A stretch of 64,000 nt of DNA, taken from Callorhinchus milii (taxonomy: Eukaryota). Numbering within the stretch: the first letter of the stretch is position 1; each line of letters starts with the position of its first letter. Under the pieces are notes generated by a model. The model ran no database searches and was not told where the DNA came from. It worked only from the letters and a program-made list of their open reading frames with translations. The DNA is taken from assembly GCF_018977255.1 (NCBI RefSeq), contig NW_024704745.1, positions 18,290,001 through 18,354,000 on the forward strand, in the 5' to 3' direction. Below, piece after piece: positions 1 through 64,000 of the stretch. Both the position numbers and the translations under genes were made by a program.

Positions 1-670
1 CAACTATGTTCATGTATTACAACAACAGCAGCAACAATTTGCACTTATATAGCACCCTCCACACAGGGGAGCGTCTCAGAGAGCTATATATACCAAAAGA
101 TTATGTGTTTTGTATGTTTGGATTCATTGCGCACCAATAATTCTAAAAACTCCAATTCTGGAAATTTTATTTTAATGTGAAATCTATATTTACTGAAGAT
201 TTAAGCAGGTTGTAGTTTCTGGAACCCCCTTCAAGTGGCTATGATTCATGTGTAAGTTGTGACAGTGAGTGCTGTCAGGCTAACTGAGTGCGGAGGCATG
301 TCAGCCGAGTCCAATCCTGTCCTCACATTACATCCACACCTTCCAGCAAGAGTCACTCAAAAGCAATCTGTAAAGAGAATCTTCATGCCTGATTTTCCCC
401 ACCCTATCCCATGGGCGCTGACACCAATAACAGTACTCAACTGCTGCACCAGCGAACTCAATCGACAGCAAAATTGTCGCATGTTTTCTTATCTTCTTGT
501 GAAAGGTTATAGGGAGAAGTGAGAAAAGTGCAACAATATTTTGAAGCTACAAGTTGGGAATAAGTGGTTATGTTTAATCCTTATATCAAAGTATGTAATC
601 ATGAAATCCCCTTTTTCCAATACCTTCAATGATCCAATTTGTATTGCAACATTTTCCTTGCATTTCACAG

Positions 671-59502
<58,832 letters not shown>

Positions 59503-60625
59503 ACGATCGGCCACAGAAGGCTTTGCCTTTTGCCAAAAAAAACTGCTCATGAATAAGTTGTGCTATCTGTCTTATTGTTTGCTGACTGTTTTTCACTAAG
59601 TGACTGATGACCCAGATTTAAAGAAGACTGAGGGCTTGCACTGGGCAAAAGTAGAGTGCAAAGCTATGAGAGAGCATTAAATAAGACCATACTGCATTGT
59701 CTTTTGGGACAGGTGAAAATGTTCTTCCAGTGTCTACCTGTGACTGATGTTTTTCACTGTCGACTTGCCACGCCAGTTATGGCAAACTCTGAGGCAAAAT
59801 TACACAATGTACTATCTTGGTAAGGGTGGAGGGCTGGGATGGGTTGGGTGTGGGGAGGGGGAAAGGGGAAACAAAAGAGAAAGGAGTTTTAAAATGAGGT
59901 GAAAGTAAGCACCTATTTCGTATTTTTAAGTAGGGAGTGATAGTTTTTATGGATATGCAATGGAGACGATGATCACACATTTTTTTCAAAGATTGGTATG
60001 TTTACAATGGTTCCAGTACAATGAATCTAGAGCGGACCAAAATTTTACAAAAAATCACTGCCTTTATATAATAACAAAGTCCAACTGAGCTATGTTCCAT
60101 GGCCATTTAGATGTTAGTGAATCACCCAAAAATCATTTTGTGCTTTGAAAAATTCTTTCTACATATATAAAAAAACATATACTTTGATATTCTAGTAGAT
60201 GAACATTTTAATATTTTTCACACTTCAGAAATGATAAAAAGAGCATTAACTGTTGAATTGGGGTATAAAACTTATGTGTTTCATGTTGTGTAAATTATTT
60301 GATTGCATAAGGTAAGATGACATACACTTGTTAATTTATATTTTACTTTATTTTTGTTAGAAAGCTATGCACTGGCTTTATTAAAACTCTTTTTGTTGAT
60401 TTGTTTCAAATGCATCTAAAGGTGCCAAAATGTAATGACTCGTTGTGCATCCTGCACCAATGTATTTAATAAGAAATTGTTGTTTCCTTAATGGTGTAGC
60501 TCAGTTTAGCTGTGTGCAGACCTTAATAGTGTCGCTCTTTATGTTAGTTATAGGTGCAATCAATAGCATTTAGATAGGTTATTGTGTCGAAGAATATTAA
60601 ACACTTCTAATTTATTCCTTGTTTG
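59503..60625 (+). other. Probable glra2 3'UTR; candidate polyA signal ATTAAA 60596-60601 (alternative AATAAA 61190-61195)
   Basis: AU-rich stretch after the stop codon with no recognisable interspersed repeat; ATTAAA followed by a U/GU-rich tract. The 3' end is not determinable from DNA alone. Confidence 0.5.
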
Positions 60626-62710
60626 ATTGACTTCTGATATAAATTGATGTTTATTATTCTTCCGAAATTCAAGTTGTGACTGGAAAGGTAACTAACATGT
60701 TCTTTGTTGGTGTGAGATTCTTTTTTAAACTAGAGGAAGAAAGTCACAATCTCAATAGTGGCAGCTTCATTTCTTCACACAGAGCACTTATAGAACAGGC
60801 ATGCTATGATGTAATGTAAACAAGCAAGGGATCAAATTCAAGAATATCAGCATAGGCTTCCAACAACTATTGTTCACATCCAACTGGCAATGCAATTGTT
60901 TTTTTTAAAGCAAGATTTTGTGTTCACCAATTTTTTAAAAAATAACTTTTATTTTGATGCCAAATGTTGGAAGAAAATATGTGGCTGGAATTTAACTGAT
61001 TTCTAACTTCGTTAATTCAACCAGGAAAAGATTTTCTGGTTAAAATAATGCAATAGTGTTTTTAGCAAAGCCAAACATTGCCTCTAATAATCCATATCCT
61101 GTCAAAGTACAGAGTGCGTATGACAGAGTGCAACTTGAAGAAATGGTGGAAAAGATTCAGACCAGGTGTGCAGTAGGATTTATATCTAGAATAAAAGTGT
61201 AGATTGGTACACGTGTCTCACTCAGATTTCATCATGAATTTTTTGTTGCGGGGACAGCACATTTGTCTCAAACCAAAGATCTTGTTTTTTATTTCCTCTG
61301 CTTTTTCCTTTTCTTAGGCCATTGTCAACCATGCAGCATGTTGCTGATAGGATACTGTAAAGCAAACATGACTGTACTTTGTGGGCAAACACAGTAGCCA
61401 ATTTCCACAAAGCAATGTCCCACAATTAACTTTATGTGTATTTCGGGATTCATGTCATAGTAAATCCCAATACAGATGTGGTGTTCACACTTTTTGAAAA
61501 CTCTGGGATTCACTGTGATGCTCCTTGGAACAATGATTTTATTACCTTAGGTTGTATTAAATTTTTCATTATGAGTTTATAACAAATTGAACTTGGAACA
61601 AAAGTCCTAATGTATGATAGTTGAATTGCACTCTGCTGAGAATCATTGAAGAAGTGCTCAGCTCTGGTTAGTCTTTGCTGCAGTATAACAATTGAAGCCA
61701 ACGGTTTGTTTGAAAAATTCAATGCACGTTAAGATATTTTGAAATGACGACATCCATTAACCCCACCCTATCCACTGATGGCACAAGTTTGACTTCTCTC
61801 AACTTTCTCCCATCCTGGACTTGTGCAGAAAAGTGTAGATGTGAAGGAAGTTGCATACCACACTGGTTTCCCTCTGAAACTGGGCATATGATACTGTGCA
61901 AAGTCCGCCACATAGGTACCTGGAGTTTATGATCAGTGGTGTTCTGAGCTTGAGAGGAAACTGGAGCACTGCTGTCTGTGGACTTCAGATGCAGTGAACA
62001 TCTCAACCACAGTGGCTTTCCTAATGCAACAAGAAATTATGTTGTACAAGTCCAATCTAATAGGGAAATACTTAGTCATTGCTTGAAGCCTTCCATATTG
62101 CTGAGAAAGAATCAAACACAGGGATGCATCAACCCAAACCAGAGTGTGCTACCACTGAACAGCAAAGCCACAATCCCACTACAAATCTTTGCATGCATCT
62201 CAAACATCAGTTGCATTAAGTGCCAATAGTTGCAATGCACTAAAGTTTCCAAGAGATCCTTGAAAAACAGAAGCATTGAAAGGGTCAACATCATATTTAA
62301 GTTTGTTATGCAAACTATTCCTTTTACATAGTTAATATGTCCTACACTGTATTGTAGTTTGAAGTGATTTGATTCTCATGGTGAAATTCAATAAGAAGAC
62401 AATTTAGTAAACTCTAACTTGGAATTTATAACTGGATCATGGACACAGAATGCCATGTTAAAGAAGAAAAAATCCCTCATAGATTCTTTCTTTACATTGG
62501 TGCAAAGGGGGCTTTTGACATCAATTCAAATTAAAAATTATTTACAATTATAGATCCTTAAAACATAAAACCCAATGAAATTAGTGCAGTCTGATAAGTG
62601 AATAGAGATCAAAAATCCAGTTTCTAATTTACAGTCACACCATTCATTCCTGTTAACTGATCACACTTTCTGTTTACTTTTGTTAAGTGAAAAACTTTCT
62701 ATTCAGATTA

Positions 62711-63100
62711 AACAACAACTTGGATTTATAAAGCACCCTCCATGCCGGACGGCATCTCAGAGCACTTTACAGTAACGGATCCTGGGACTGAACCAGGGGG
62801 AGGGGTGGGAAGGTGAACAAAGCCGCGGTCGAAAAGAAAGCTCTTCAGCAGAGACCTGAAAATGGGAAGGGAGGGAACGAGACGAAGGGAGTGAGGAAGA
62901 CAGTTCCATAGCCTCGGGGCATAGTGGTTGAAGGCACGGCCGCCGAGGGTGGAGCGGAGGACTCGGGGGACAAGGAGGAGGCCAGATCCGGAGGAATGAA
63001 GGCAACGGGTACTGTGCTGAGGAGAGAGGAGGTCAGAGAGGGGGGTACAGAGGAGTGCAAGGACTTGAATACGAGGGTGAGGATCTTGAAGTCGAAAATT
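62711..63100 (-). mobile_element. L2 LINE 3' fragment
   Basis: DFKILTLVFKSLH; GGRAFNHYAPRLWNCLP...FRSLLKSFLF; (TTG)n tail. Confidence 0.88.
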
Positions 63101-63343
63101 ACACATTTTATCAAGCTTACAGCTGGAATGGCATATAATTGCCCTGTGCTTATACTCTTCTTTCCAGCAATCTGCCAAACTAGTGAGTTCAAATTAACAT
63201 TTATATGACAACTCTTCAGACAACCTTGAAATGTAACCAAAAGGAGAGGAAGAATTGTGCAACAGAATATTCCTGCTAATGTTTTGCTGTCAGCCTCTGC
63301 TAAGGAATAAAATATTATGGCAAACAATTACTTAACAATTTGA

Positions 63344-63635
63344 TAATAATAATCCTTGCATTTGACATATCGCTTTATCATGTCTTCGAGATGTCTCAAG
63401 GCATTTGACAGAATAACCTGTCAAGTGAATTGATTGTATGTTTTGTGGGTGAAACGCAGGAGCCAATTGCACTCATCAGCAACCCACAAACAGTCGTGAA
63501 TTGGGTGAGCAAATTATTATTTATTTTTAAGGGATTATTAACCCAGAAAAATGACCCGTCAATCGACTAACAACCGGGTTCCTACTTACTGCTAGGTAAA
63601 CAGAGGCATGTGGAATGAGGAAACTTGCTCAACAT
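63344..63635 (-). mobile_element. 5'-truncated copy of the same SINE
   Basis: Reverse complement of the body and tail (gttcctacttactgctaggtaaacagagg). Confidence 0.85.
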
Positions 63636-64000
63636 TTTACCCTGATGAATCAGTAACCATTAAATCACATGGGATACAACTGGGCAATGATGTAAAATTA
63701 TATCAATATTAAGCAAGAGGTGTGCATCCCTCTGGGGAGTGAGTGCGCACTCCATTCCAGACAAATAGGAAATTTGCATGCATAGGTGGCATGCACTCAG
63801 TCTGCTTTAGATACTCTTGAGCATGCCAATGGGCTTCCACATTTGTGAGACACCTGGATTTATTAAGCCCTGTTTGAACATGAGCATGGGTATTGAGATT
63901 CACTGTGATGTTTCTTTGTATAATGGCATTCCGACTCTCACCAAGTGCTACAGTGAGGACTTACTTAGTTAATTAGTTCAGTGAGTTACCATACCTGGTG

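Overview
This is eukaryotic (vertebrate) genomic DNA, AT-rich and repeat-dense. The repeat landscape (CR1 and L2 LINEs, tRNA/Deu-type SINEs, a Penelope-type fragment) points to a cartilaginous fish; that assignment is inferred. The window carries most of a glycine receptor alpha-2 gene (glra2) on the + strand. It contains the tandem mutually exclusive 68-nt exons 3A and 3B (671-738, 832-899), exons 4-8, the last coding exon (59227-59502) and a 3'UTR; exons 1-2 lie upstream of the window. All exons have GT-AG boundaries and join in frame. The introns hold a ~4-kb 5'-truncated antisense CR1 LINE nested in an older CR1, many SINE and L2 fragments, a MITE-like inverted repeat and a locally triplicated segment. 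The most interesting unannotated signals are a candidate 13-nt poison microexon (UGC repeats, two TGCATG sites, GC donor) in intron 3 and a 160-bp TSD-flanked Penelope-like insert with a degenerate hammerhead-ribozyme core. Also notable are a triplicated intron-8 segment carrying different retroposon tails at the same position and 3'UTR G-quadruplex and miR-96/182 motifs. No prokaryotic systems, CRISPR arrays, rRNA or true tRNA genes were seen. Repeat family names are from pattern recognition and need database confirmation; repeat boundaries are approximate.
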